The notes below the pieces were generated by a model, which made no database searches, was not told where the DNA came from, and was given only the letters and a program-made list of their open reading frames with translations. A stretch of 64,000 bases of DNA, taken from assembly GCA_002269645.1 (NCBI GenBank), contig NIVC01000413.1, positions 496,001 to 560,000 of the forward strand, in the 5' to 3' direction. Positions 13,829-26,871 of this stretch are shown here, piece after piece (positions within the stretch are counted from its first letter, which is position 1; each line of letters begins with the position of its first letter). The translations under genes were made by a program, and so were the position numbers. Source of the stretch: Macrostomum lignano (taxonomy: Eukaryota).

Positions 13829-16800
13829 ATGCTTGCCCAGTCTACAAAGAGAGGAGCAGTGGCACTGTCAAGCAGTGTTGCTGACAATGATACCAATAGT
13901 CAGTCTTTGTCTTCAGCTGCTACATTTGTTGAACTTCGCAATGCCTGTCGAGAGGTCATTGTCAAACCAGATAGTCTACAAAATCTTCAGCATCTTCATC
14001 AATTAGTTGAAAAATTAACACCAGAGCAATGTCGCACCTACATAGATCTGGTATTGTTACCATTGATTCGCTGCCTCAGACAGGCTTCAGATAGATTGAC
14101 TTCAACTGAACTAGCAGAGTTGCTAGCAACTCTTGCCATCTTGTTTGGCCGCCAATTACCCTTGTCCGCTGAGCATCAACAGAAATGTCCTCCAGTTCCT
14201 CAGCTTCTGCTCATACTTAGTGAACTATCCAGCCTAATTCAACGCCAACAGAATGCCCTAACAACAGATGAGCATCTTCGTCGACCAGTCCTTTCTGCAA
14301 TATCCAGTACAGTTGAACTTTGTCCACTATCAAAAATTCCTACGCTAATGTCGAGCCAGCAGTTGCCATTGTTTGCGCATTTAGTCACATTTGCATTTGA
14401 TGCAGGCATTGCTGTAGATCCTGGTGATGCCGACGATCGTTGTGCTGGCGCTGCCTGTTTGAACAGTCTTCTTCGGCTACGATTGTGCGACATTGGCGAG
14501 CGTGAAGATAATGATAGTGATGACTTCTGTGACACGGAAGCTACAGATGCTAGTATTGTAACGTCAGGCAAGAAAGCCGTCTCAGAATTTCTGCGACCAC
14601 TACTGCCTGGATTGGTTAGTCGTCTAGGCGGCGTTCTGTCTGGCAGTATCCGTTTAAACACCCGATCTCGTTGCGCTATTATCCGGGTATTACGCCGAGT
14701 TCTTATTCTTGGCATGGCGTCTAACGATAGTATTGTAGTTGCCACGGCTAAACGCGTGGACGCCTGGCTTGAAGGCGCTATTCGACCCGACAGTGAAGCT
14801 AATTGGCGCGTCCGACTCGAAATTTGTCGGCTATGTGGTCGACTTCTTTGTCACCTGTTGCCGTCGCTCTCATCGACTGAGGCTGCCGATATTATGCGAC
14901 CAAGACTGCTCAACAGACTGCTCAGGCTGTGCGCCGATCAGCAGCCTCGGGTCAGCTCGGTTGCGATGAGTTTTCTCAATAGCGAATGCAATGAGGAGGC
15001 GAGCTGCAAGATTAATCAGGTGGCTTTGAGTATGTGCGATAGTCTCGAACAGCTTTCTTCCAGTTGTCATGGCAACAGAGACGAACTACTAGCCTGTCTT
15101 AACGGTCTGGCTGGCTGTTGCAATGTGCGTCCAAGTAGCGGCCGTCTCTGTCTTCGATCTAGTCGTCACCGGGAGCAGTTGATTCGTGGTCTCGCATATT
15201 GCCTTGCGCCCGATTCTTCTCGTCTATCTCTAGTTGAAGATGCCGACGCTTTAGACGATGATGACGCCGAAATGGACGACGGTGTTGATGCGGATGTGAC
15301 TGAGACTATACGCTTGCTGTTGACGCGTCTCTCCGGTGAGCCGGCCGATGTTGACTCTGGTGATCTGCTTGTCGACGCCACCCTGGATTGTTTAGCATCG
15401 ATTTCTCAGAATTCGACTCCATCCAACTCTGAGCGACGTCTACGTTTGGGCTATCTCGCCCTTCTAGCCTCCATTGCTAGTCGGTGCACTCGAATCGAAG
15501 CTACAAAACAGCGTCTTCTAGATTCCGCGCTGTCTATCTTGAACGCTTCCGAATCCAGCGATTTTCCAGCGACAATGTCTCTAGCTGTTGTCTCCTTGTC
15601 TGCCGGTCAACTAGGCATAGCAAACGCTCGCGATCGACGCGATTCCGCAGCTTCGCGTCGACTTGCTCTTCGTCTTGTCGGTCGACTAGGTCGGCACTTT
15701 TCCGACGATCAGACACTTCCAATGCACTGTCTCTATGCTTGTCTAGCCGCCTGTTCTCACCCGCTCACCACAGTTCGATCTGCCGCACTGCGTTGTCTTA
15801 CTTTATTGGCTCAATCGACTAAAAATAATAGCATTGGCGATTTAATCAGTGCCAATGCTGACTATGTGTTTAATCAGTGTTTAGTAAAACTGCTGGGTCC
15901 TCCGACGCCGGAGCCATTTGCTGTGCTGCACAGTGCTCTGGCGCACTGCAACGCGGACGTGTTGCCGGCTCTTGAGCCTCTAGTTGTTCGCCTATGCGAT
16001 CGCGTTGATCGGCACTACGAAAGGCTGCATCGAATGTTAGTACCACTGTTGGCTTTCCTGCTGCGATCGTTGTGTCGGTTGTTTGGCATCGATACGGAAA
16101 GGCATCTGCTAGACAATGCATTGACTATGCCTTGTAAATCGGCCGAAGACTGTCAGCCGCGGGAAACGGCAGCAGCTGTCGCTGTCCGAGAGTTGCTCGC
16201 TGGATGGCGACGTCGACACGGCGACTCTGAGTCTTCCTCCAACGACATCAACAATAGTAATAGCAATGATGACGATCCTCGGCAGCCAAAACCGCCACCG
16301 CCGTTGCACGCTCGCCTTTGTCAACAAGTGATTGATCGACTAATTCATCTCACGCATTTCGATGACGATGCTAACGTTCGTCGTTGCGCTCTAACCGGAC
16401 TTACTTACGCCGCCTACGCAATGGCCTACAATGATGGACCAGCACAGGAACGATTATTGCCAACAGTGCACAGCTTGTGGCCTGTGACAGTTAGCCGACT
16501 AACAGATATTGATAGTTCGGTATCTTTAGAAGCGGTTAACACTGTGCTAGCTGTTGCCACCCTATCTGGCGAGTTTGTACGCTCCAGAGTGGCCGACGAT
16601 GTGATTGGACCGCTGTGCCGGCGTTTATTGCCAGCGGCGTTGGCCAGGGCTCCCACTTGGATGCCCGCAGTTTGTCGGCGTAGTCAAGAATTTCGTCGAC
16701 TATGTAGTGTACTACGCAGTCTGGGACCGCTTGCTGTCAGGTGATTAGTCTTATTCGACTTTTTAAGCTGTCGTTTTTAATCTCTTACTTCTCCTTTCCA

Positions 16801-17747
16801 CAGCCCTTCAAGGGCTTCTCTCCCATACCCTAGACCTTCAGTAGTTTCTCTCCCATACCCTAGACCTTCAGTAGCTTCTCTCCCATACCCTAGACCTTCA
16901 GTAGTTTCTCTCCCATACCCTAGACCTTCAGTAGCTTCTCTCCCATACCCTAGACCTTCAGTAGCTTCTCTCCCATACCCTAGACCTTCAGTAGCTTCTC
17001 TCCCATACCCTAGACCTTCAGTAGCTTCTCTCCCATACCCTAGACCTTCAGCAGTAGCGCAACCAGAATTTTTTCAAGGGGGATTCTGAGGGTAAAGTCC
17101 CGGGAGGGGGGGGGCGGCGGAGGGGTGGCTCTGTTTTTGGCGAAAATTCGCTTGGTCCCCCCTTTGGTTTTTTTTCGGTCCCCCCCCCTGGTTGCGCCAC
17201 TGACCTTCAGTAGCTTCTCTCCCATACCCTAGACCTTAAGTAGCTTCTCTCCCATACCCTAGACCTTCAGTAGCTTCTCTCCCATACCCTAGACCTTCGG
17301 GAGTGCGTACTCCAATACCCAGCCTTACAACATTTATGCTTCTAAAAAGCCAGTCTCTCAGACCCCAGGATTTATACTAGAGTTCTAATTATGATTATAA
17401 ATTGAACTTTTAGATCTCGTTTGCAGCTAAGCAGCTTAGACCTGTTGCTATCGAACGGATTGGCGCCTTTTTTATCAAATAAACTTCCTGCCGAATTGAG
17501 ACTATCAGCTGTGGAGTCTGTACGCTGCATCTATTCAGTTGAACCGTCGCTGGTGTGGTATCGACTGTACAAATTGTGTCCGAGAATTGTTCACCTATCG
17601 CCGAGTAGTATGGTTGCTGCTTATGATTTTACTGTGCCAGCTAATCTGATTGAGCTCAGATCAAGTTTGTTAAAGTCGGCAGATCATACTCGCTACTCTA
17701 ATGGACACGAGTTTTGGGATTCTGCTGTGGCTATTTTTGAGTTTTAG
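13829..17747 (+). CDS. TTI1: TELO2-interacting protein 1 (TTT complex, HEAT-repeat), about 1081 aa
   Basis: Exons 13829-16740 (donor AG|GTGATT) and 17414-17747 (acceptor TTTAG), phase consistent. Motifs FVELRNAC, NADYVFN, LLPTVHSLWPVTVSRL, GEFVRSRV and YSVEPSLVWYRL match TTI1 hallmarks. An additional upstream exon cannot be excluded. Confidence 0.9.
16808..17300. repeat. 30-bp minisatellite (CTTCTCTCCCATACCCTAGACCTTCAGTAG) filling the TTI1 intron
   Basis: Direct periodicity, interrupted by a MITE. Confidence 0.95.
17052..17202. mobile_element. hAT-type MITE, 151 bp
   Basis: 15-bp TIRs CAGTAGCGCAACCAG / CTGGTTGCGCCACTG (14/15) and a perfect 8-bp TSD ACCTTCAG at 17044-17051 and 17203-17210. 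Confidence 0.88.
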
Positions 17748-17817
17748 ACTTAAGACTGAATTTAGACTCATTCTTTATCATTGTTGCTAGGGGGGGGTGT
17801 CTCGAAAATCGATTTAA

Positions 17818-18335
17818 CCTATAGGACTGATGCCATTTATCCTTTAGGACTGATGCCATTTATCCTTTAGGACTGATGCCATTTATCCTTTAGGACTGAT
17901 GCCATTTATCCTTTAGGGCTGATGCCATTTATCCTTTAGGACTGATGCCATTTATCCTTTAGGGCTGATGCCATTTATCCTTTAGGACTGATGCCATTTA
18001 TCCTTTAGGGCTGATGCCATTTATCCTATAGAGTTAATGCCATTTATCCTATAGGACTGATGCCATTTATCCTTTAGGACTGATGCCATTTATCCTTTAG
18101 GACTGATGCCATTTATCCTTTAGGACTGATGCCATTTATCCTATAGAGTTAATGCCATTTATCCTATAGGACTGATGCCATTTATCCTTTAGGACTGATG
18201 CCATTTATCCTATAGAGTTAATGCCATTTATCCTTTAGGACTGATGCCATTTATCCTTTAGGACTGATGCCATTTAACCTATAGGACTGATGCCATTTAT
18301 CCTATTGGACTGATGCCACTTGTCCTATAGCACTC
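17818..18335. repeat. 23-bp minisatellite (GACTGATGCCATTTATCCTTTAG) downstream of the TTI1 stop
   Basis: Direct periodicity. Confidence 0.95.
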
Positions 18336-18412
18336 ATGCCATATGTTTAAGTCTTTCCTTGATTCAGTAATGCCAATACCTTCCTCTGCTTGTACAACGC
18401 ATGTATTTTGTT

Positions 18413-18418
18413 AATAAA
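18413..18418 (+). terminator. Candidate poly(A) signal AATAAA for TTI1
   Basis: First canonical AATAAA I noticed after the TTI1 stop and the 23-bp array, followed by T-rich sequence. Confidence 0.45.
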
Positions 18419-18546
18419 CCTATTGAAAATAACTCCTGCCTTTTGACTTCATGATTTTTTAACAAAAAACTTCTGCACTACTTTCAGTAGTTTAAACGGA
18501 CGGATTTTAAATCAGGTTAATTAAATAAAAAACCGATCCCAAAAAT

Positions 18547-21500
18547 ATGCATGCAGCCGATCACATGGTAGACAACTGCAAGCACGTCAGTCGAATTAAA
18601 GGCTGCGTGGATTTGGGCCTATTGCAGCCAGAAAGGTGGAATTGTGCCGTGTGCTCAACTACAGAATCAGTTTGGGCCTGTCTGCACTGCCCCAATATTG
18701 CCTGCGGTCGCTATAATGAAGAGCACGCTTTGAAGCATCACCGGGATACTAAGCATCCCTTGTCTATTGAGGTCAATGAGAAGTTCGTCTTCTGGTGAGT
18801 TCGATTCACTAATTTGACTATTATTAATCTACCAACTCTACCATTGAATCTACCAACTCTACCATTAAATCTACCAACTCTACCATTGAATCTACCAACT
18901 CTACCATTAAATCTACCAACTCTACCATTGAATCTACCAACTCTACCATTGAATCTACCAACTCTACCATTGAATCTACCAAATCTACCATTAAATCTAC
19001 CAACTCTACCATTGAATCTACCAACTCTACCATTGAATCTACCAACTCTACCATTGAATCTACCAAATCTACCATTAAATCTACCAACTCTACCATTGAA
19101 TCTACCAACTCTACCATTGAATCTACCAAATCTACCATTAAATCTACCAACTCTACCATTGAATCTACCAACTCTACCATTGAATCTACCAACTCTACCA
19201 TTAAATCTACCAACTCTACCATTGAATCTACCAACTCTACCATTGAATCTACCAACTCTACCATTGAATCTACCAACTCTACCATTAAATCTACCAACTC
19301 TACCATTGAATCTACCAACTCTACCATTAAATCTACCAACTCTACCATTGAATCTACCAACTCTACCAATAAATCTACCATCAGTACCATTGAATCTACC
19401 AACTTTACAGTTGAATCTACCAAATCTACCATTAAATCTACCAACTCTACCATTGAATCTACCAACTCTACCATTGAATCTACCAACTCTACCATTAAAT
19501 CTACCAACTCTACCATTGAATCTACCAACTCTACCATTAAATCTACCATCAGTACCATTGAATCTACCAACTTTACAGTTGAATCTACCAAATCTACCAT
19601 TAAATCTACCAACTCTACCATTGAATCTACCAACTCTACCATTGAATCTACCAACTCTACCATTAAATCTACCAACTCTACCATTGAATCTACCAAATCT
19701 ACCATTGAATCTACTAAATCTACCATTGAATCTACTAAATCTACCATTGAATCTACCAACTCTACCATTGAATCTACCAACTCTACCATTGAATCTACCA
19801 ACTCTACCATTGAATCTACCAACTCTACCATTGAATCTACCAACTCTACCATTAAATCTACCAACTCTACCATTGAATCTACCGACTGTACCATTGAATC
19901 TAAAACTCTACCATTGAATCTACCAACTCTACCATTGAATCTACCAACTCTACCATTGAATCTACCAACTCTACCATTAAATCTACCAACTCTACCATTG
20001 AATCTGCCGCATATACTACTCTTTCCCAACAATTTTAGCTATGTCTGCGACGACTACATTCTCAACGACAACGCAGCTGGCGATATAAAAATCTTACGCA
20101 TGGCGTTAGACGCAGTCGCAGCACAGAATTTATCTATACTGACTAATTGCAGTTTGCGCTCCCGGCTGCTCAGATCTCAGGCCGCCAATCCTAGGCAGTG
20201 AGTCGACTTAATACGCTCTATATTCTGTTTTAAGTTTTCTTATGCCCCCTATGTTCTTGTGACATTCAATCAGGCCTAGTATGAGAAGTATGAGAATCGA
20301 CCCTACACTTCTCATACCTCAGAATCGCCCATATGATTCTCATACCTGAAAATCGCCCCAATAATTCTCATGCGTGAGAATCGTCTCTGCAATTCTCATG
20401 CGTTAGAATCGCCCCTATTCTCATGCGTGAGAATCGTATCTGCAATTCTCATGCGTGAGAATCGTCTCTGCAATTCTCATGCGTTAGAATCACCTTTATA
20501 ATTCTCATGCGGGAGGATCGCATCTACAATTCTCATGCTTTAGAATCGTCCCAATAATTCTCATACCTCTCAATAATTCTCAATGATTCTCAATTCTCTA
20601 TAAGAATTGCCCCTACAATTCTCATACCTGAGAATCGCCCCTACAATTATTATATCGAAGAATCGTCCCTATAATTCTCATGCGTGAGAATCGCCCCTAC
20701 AATTCTCATACCTGAGAATCGCCCCTACAATTATTATATCGAAGAATCGTCCCTATAATTCTCATGCGTGAGAATCGCCTCTACAATTCTCATGCGCTAG
20801 AATCGTCCCAATAATTCTCATCCTGAGAATCGCCCCTACAATTATTATATCGAAGAATCGTCCCTATAATTCTCATGCGTGAGAATCGCCCCTACAATTC
20901 TCATACCTGAGAATCGCCCCTACAATTATTATATCGAAGAATCGTCCCTATAATTCTCATGCGTGAGAATCGCCCCTACAATTCTCATACCTGAGAATCG
21001 CCCCTACAATTCTCATACCTGAGAATCGCCCCTACAATTCTCATACCTGAGAATCGCCCCTACAATTATTATATCGAAGAATCGTCCCTATAATTCTCAT
21101 GCGTGAGAATCGCCTCTGCAATTCTCATGCGCTAGAATCGTCCCAATAATTCTCATCCTGAGAATCGCCCCTACAATTGTCATAACTGAGAATCGCCCCT
21201 ACAATTCTCATACCTGAGAATCGCCCCTATGATTCTCATGCGTGAGATCGAATCGCCCCTACAATTCTCATAACTGAGAATCGCCCCTACAATTCTCATA
21301 CCTGAGAATCGCCCCTATGATTCTCATGCGTGAGAATCGACCTGATAATTCCCCCATTGCACCATTATGCGCAAGATCTAGTGACTTAGTTCTATTTTTA
21401 GAACTGACGTCACGCCCCGCCTTAGAGAAGGCAGGGGTTCTGAGACACGTGATTCCCTCGTAAACTCGGGCCAGTGAGTGCTGTAAATATTTTTACTGCA

Positions 21501-24500
21501 CTTTTGGACTCCAAAAAAGCAAGGCCACCGACCGTGACCTCAAAAATGAAGCAAAGCGAACCAAAGAGCAGACCAACAGCAGAGATGCCCGTGGCTGCAA
21601 ACAAGAGCACAGAGGAAACGCGGAGACAGCAACCGAGGGCGAGGGAAACTGCTGACAGTAGGGCGACGCCTAACGCTAAACTAGCGGCTGACTACAGATA
21701 GTGTATAATATAAACAACTTAAATAGGACAAACCAATGTCATCTTGAAGCTTAAAGCGTACAAACCTTTTTCTATTGTCCCTGTGTTGTGTTGTGTGTTC
21801 TATTTTTAGATTATGCTTATTATGTAGCCTTAGCAACAAAAAGACACATTGGAAAGTAAGTAAAAAAGTAATTATTTATAGTGTACTTTAGCTGCTGTTT
21901 CTATTTTTATATTTGCATCAATGTACAAATATTAATTCGTCATAAGATTGCGACATACTGTATATCATAACTTGGATTGAAAATGATTATAAGACATGGC
22001 AGAGCGTCTAGCGATAAAGAGGTTTGTTCTTCTCAATTATGGAACGATAATTTTCGAATTCGTTTTCTAAAAAAATTTTTAAAACTGACACAAACCCAAC
22101 AGGAAAGCGCAGAACCTTATGCAAGCGGACCTGACCTACACAGCCCTGATGCTGCACAGGCGCTCCCGTCTATCCTGGTCTCTAAGTCTCTGGCACAGCG
22201 CTATGCTCAGACGTCGACCAGAAACCGTTGTTAAATTGGCGTCTGCTTTAACTGCCGCGTCTTCTACTACTAGTAGTAGTCGAAGCAGTAGCGGCGCAGT
22301 TCAGAGCGGCAGATTTGGCAGAGCCAGCGGCGCAAACACCAGAGACCCGGCAAAGACTGAAAAATCGGCCATTTTAATCCTGCCGGGCACTACCGGCCTG
22401 CGCAATCTTGGCAACACCTGCTACATGAATTCGGTTGTGCAGATATTGAGCCACACGGACTCTTTGGCCGCTTATTTTATCGATCATTTAACTCTGAATG
22501 GAGACGCGGGCGCTGGTCGGGGCTCAGCAGTTGCTAGCCAGACGATTTGTAAATCGCCATCCTGCCCGGCTCATTTGGCCTGCCAATTTGGCAGCGGCAA
22601 TGGTAGGAAATCTTTGAGGCGTCTCACTTCGGTAGAGTGCTTAGAATCTGTTGAGCAACAGAAGAGGCAGAAGGCATCGAAGCAGCAACAAGCGGCATCT
22701 TCTAGTAATAGCGGCGGTCTCAGCGGAGGCAGTCATCAGGCTAATAGTGTCAGAAATTCCGAAGCCATCGCCTATGCGGCTGAAGACGGTCCAACTGGCA
22801 CGCTGGCTGAGGAGCTGCACGCTCTGTTCCGTGTGCTCTGGTCCGGCCGGCGGGCGGTTGTCTCGCCGCAGGGCCTTCTCACCTGCGTCTGGCGCCATGT
22901 GCCATTCTTTCGCGGCTATAAACAGCAGGATGCTCAAGAGTTCCTGTGCGAATTGTTGGACAGATTGCAGAAAGAGCTTAGCCAGGCTCAGAACATTGTG
23001 TCCCGTACATTCCAAGGCTCTTATTTGTCAACTGTTCGCTGTCTGCAATGCGGCAGATGCTCCCAGACTGAGGACATCTTCATGGACATATCGTTGGCCT
23101 TCCCCGAGAGCTGTCACACAGGTGAACAGACCGAGTGTCAGCTAGCCGAGCTATTGAAGCTATTCGCCAGAGAAACTGAGATTGAAGATCGAAGCTACCT
23201 ATGCGAGACTTGCAACAGGTCGCCAATGTCGCAGCGAGCCAAGCGAGTGCCGCAATATTCCAAAGCTAGGCAACAGTTGCGAATCAAGCGCTTGCCAAGG
23301 GTGCTAAGGCTGCATCTGAAACGATTCCGTTGGATTGGTAGGGCCCGAGAGAAAATCTGTGCCAGGGTGTGCTTTACTAGCCAGCTGGATGTGTCCTGCC
23401 TGCTGCCCGATGGCGAGTCCGCAGGTGAAGCAGGAGGCGGCAGCAACATCTATCACCTTACAGGTGTGGTTGTGCACCACGGCAGAGGCTTTCAGTCTGG
23501 CCACTACACGTCATTCTGCTTCAATAAGGCTACTGGTGAGACGAGCTGTATTTGATGTACGTCTGTAATTCTCAATAGAGTCGCCTCTTTAAGAATCGCC
23601 CCCTTAAGAATCGCCCCTCCCTAAGGAATCGCCCCCCTTAGAAATCGCCCCCTTAGAAATCGCCCCCTAAGCAATCGCCCCCCCCCCTGAGGAATCACCC
23701 CCCCCTAAGGAATCGCCCTGTTAAGAATCGCCTCCCTAAGGAATCGCCCCTTAAGATCGCCCCCTTCGAAATCGCCCCCTAAGAAATCGCCCCCCTAAGG
23801 AATCGCCCCCTAAGAAATCGCCCCCTAAGAAATCGCCCCCCTAAGGAATCGCCCCCTAAGAAATCGCCCCCCTAAGGAATCGCTCCTTTAAGAATCGCCC
23901 CTTAGAAATCGCCCCCCCCTAAGGAATCGCCCCCTAAGAATCGCCCCTTAGAAATCGCCCCCCTAAGGAATCGCCCCCTAAGAATCGCCCCTTCGAAATC
24001 GCCCCCCTAAGAAATCGCCCCCCCCTAAGGAATTGCCCCCTTCGAAATCGCCCCCCCCCCAAGAAATAGCCTCCCTAAGAAATCGCCCTTTTAAGAATCG
24101 CCCCCTTAAGAAATCGCCCCCTTTAGAATCGCCACTCCTTAGAATGATCATCGGCTACCTTAGCAAGTTCCAAGTTCACCTGCCAAGAATTGCCCAGCAT
24201 CTCCCAAACCCCTGCCTGTCGCTCCAACACCCGAAGGCTCCTGGCTTCACTGCAACGACGCGTTCGTCCAGCCGAGCAACCTTGACGAAGTACTGGCGTC
24301 ACAGGCTTACATTCTGTTTTATACTCAAGATGAACAGCATGACCTGCCGTCGACTCCAGCATCCACTAGTAGCGGAGCCTCATCAAGCGTCGATCGACCA
24401 ACTAAGCGAGCGTCGACGGCAGCGAGGCCGGCATCTCCGCCTCATGCAGTCGCTACCCTGAATAGCGGCAGCAACGGTCCCAAGATTACAACGCTGACTG

Positions 24501-24556
24501 TTAAACGGAGGCGAACTGGCAGTTCAACTGGCGGTTCTTCTATTGGTCGATCTTAA
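18547..24556 (+). CDS. Ubiquitin carboxyl-terminal hydrolase of the USP44/USP49 group (ZnF-UBP + USP domain), about 743 aa
   Basis: Exons 18547-18794, 20039-20197, 21402-21473, 22103-23535, 24237-24556 (2232 nt, phases consistent). ZnF-UBP CKHV..WNCAVCSTTESVWACLHC..ACGRYNEEHALKH, Cys box GLRNLGNTCYMNS, QQDAQEFL, His box VVHHGRGFQSGHY, WLHCND and AYILFYTQ. The true start may be the Met at 18565. The 72-nt exon is the least certain. Confidence 0.92.
18826..20005. repeat. 21-bp minisatellite (CTACCATTGAATCTACCAACT) filling USP intron 1
   Basis: Direct periodicity; the source of the LPTLPLN ORFs. Confidence 0.97.
20290..21345. repeat. About 28-bp compound minisatellite (GAGAATCGCCCCTACAATTCTCATACCT) in USP intron 2
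   Basis: Direct periodicity with higher-order variants. Confidence 0.92.
23588..24140. repeat. 15-18-bp AATCGCCCC-core minisatellite in USP intron 4
   Basis: Repeated AAGRAATCGCCCC(C)CT. Confidence 0.9.
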
Positions 24557-25036
24557 TCAAATCAATTATACAATTGATTGGCTTTTATTTATTCAGCAAC
24601 TCTTTAATATTCATATATCTGTGTCTGTTCAAAAATAGAATATAACACCGCGCCGATGCCAGTTTCTCCTTTTTTAAAATGCTTCTTTTGCTACTATTTT
24701 GTGCATGAAAATCTTGAATAAATTTGTATCTAAATTTATATTTGGGAAGGTTTAGCCATAGATACTTGCTGTGTCTCAGAGTTGAAGCCTAAGAGAAGTC
24801 AAACTATTGAAGACTGGCTTGTCATTGTCTATGGCGCAAATGTGTGTCTGTAGAGCAACTTATACTTATAAGTTAAGGTTTTGCCTTGTGTTCTTTGTTT
24901 GTTTTCATTGGATTTAAAGTTGTGCGCTCAAATTCCCCAATTTGTGCCATAGACAATTCAAAGCAAATCTTCAATAGCCTGATTATTTTATTGCATTTTG
25001 TCAGCCCAATTTGATAATTAAAATAGATGTTTAAGC

Positions 25037-25126
<90 letters not shown>
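25037..25126. repeat. (GA)n microsatellite
   Basis: Direct reading. Confidence 0.97.
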
Positions 25127-25128
<2 letters not shown>

Positions 25129-25974
25129 GGGGTTACTGCTGGTTCCCTTTGTGTGCAGATGTCTATGGCCAAATCATCAACTTACTTTGCCTTTTTGACT
25201 GACGAACTTGGCTGGCAAAAGCACTACAGAGGATTTATTTAGATATGGAATTAGTGGAATAGATTAACTATTATTAACTATAGTGGTATATCATATCTTG
25301 CTAAAAATTTGACTGATTAAACTTTGCTGATGCTTTGCTCTTTCCCCCTAATCCTCTCGATCGCCTGCACAGTGTAATATCCATGTAAATATTCGAATAC
25401 ATCTACATGCAGTGCTGTTTGTGTATTGAGTGAACTGTAGTGACCCATCTGTGCATAATTCTATATATTCATCCTATTTTTGCTTGTTGCCCCACCCACC
25501 AAAACTGTCCCATTATATAATTTGTTTGTTTTTTTGTTTTCATTTTGTATCAATGGGATTTTATTTTCATATTGATTGGGTCTGTCGATTCTATATTTTT
25601 GTGTCTCTGAATGCTCTCTTTTTTCTGTTTGTTTTACATGTATTATCCATTCTTTAAATTGATCTTTTTGGTGAGAAAATATAATGCCGTGTGGGTCTTT
25701 GCATTGACCTTCAAATGTTCTTTCTCCCATTTTTATATACACCAGTTTTCTCTGTCTTGCTGCATCGCACATGCATGCTTTGTTAATAAATTTAAATATG
25801 AATGTTCCAAAATTGCACACTGACCGCTTCTCCCTCTGTGCAGACCCGTGTTTTCTTGGTTATTTGAAAACCTGCTAAAGATTTTCTGGTAGCCGCTTGT
25901 TTCTCCGAGCTTCAATTGGTCTGCTGATCTTAGTTCGGGATTGTCTGTCCTCTCTGCCAATTAGCTGTTTGCCT

Positions 25975-26099
25975 GTGTCTGTCTGTCTGTCTGTCTGTCC
26001 GTCTGCCTGTCTGTCTGACTGTTTGTCTGTGTATCTTTCTGTCTGTCTGTTTGTCTGTGTATCTTTCTGTCTGTCTGTTTGTCTGTCTGTCTATCTTAG

Positions 26100-26170
<71 letters not shown>

Positions 26171-26240
26171 GTCTGTCCGTCTGTCTGCCTGTCTGTCTGT
26201 CTGTCTGTCTGTTTGTCTTAGTGTCTATCTGTGTCTGTCT
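25975..26240. repeat. (GTCT)n microsatellite
   Basis: Direct reading. Confidence 0.95.
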
Positions 26241-26871
26241 TTTTTATTTGTCTGACTTCAACTCAATCTCTGTCCCTCCTCATCTCATATCTTAGTTGTC
26301 CGGGGCATTAAAGATGGATTCATCCTGCTTACATGCACAATTTGCTTTCGATATTTATGCATTACAATTAGTTTGTTTGTTGGAAGTGTACCGCCAGCCC
26401 ACATCTTGCTAAATTAAGGATAGCTACAAAACAGTTAGCACTTGCATGGCCCCGTTTTGATTTAATTCCCGTGTCTACTACTTTACGCAAACATGAAAAC
26501 CTTTCCTGGACACTAGCTCTGTTGCCTATTTCTCTGAACCAAAAATTGTTTTTTTGTCAAATAAGTCTTTATTTTGTGCGCAAAAAATCAACTAAATGAT
26601 GATTAAAAATGAAATCATTACTTTATGTCGATGTGTTCATATATAAATAAAACTTTGTTTCGGGCTAACAGGACAGTAATAACTCATTGCTGCTGTCACT
26701 CTATGGCCCGACTGCCGTGAAAGGGAATTGTGAAAGTTATAAAAATGTTCAAGTTATAGTTACTGCTTTTATTTGTCTTCACTTGATACACTGCGTATAA
26801 CTATTGCTTTTGTCAGCCTAACTGAGAATAAAGCCACCCAAAATGAGAATCCTGCCTACGCTGACTGCGAA

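Noticed and set aside
14239-16656. Antisense and alternate-frame ORFs within TTI1 (likewise within USP, lectins and the transporter)
   Set aside because: Shadow ORFs of GC-rich coding sequence without independent motifs.
18814-20032. 367-402 aa LPTLPLN / MVELVDS ORFs
   Set aside because: A 21-bp array lying inside a GT-AG intron that splits the ZnF-UBP Cys codon.
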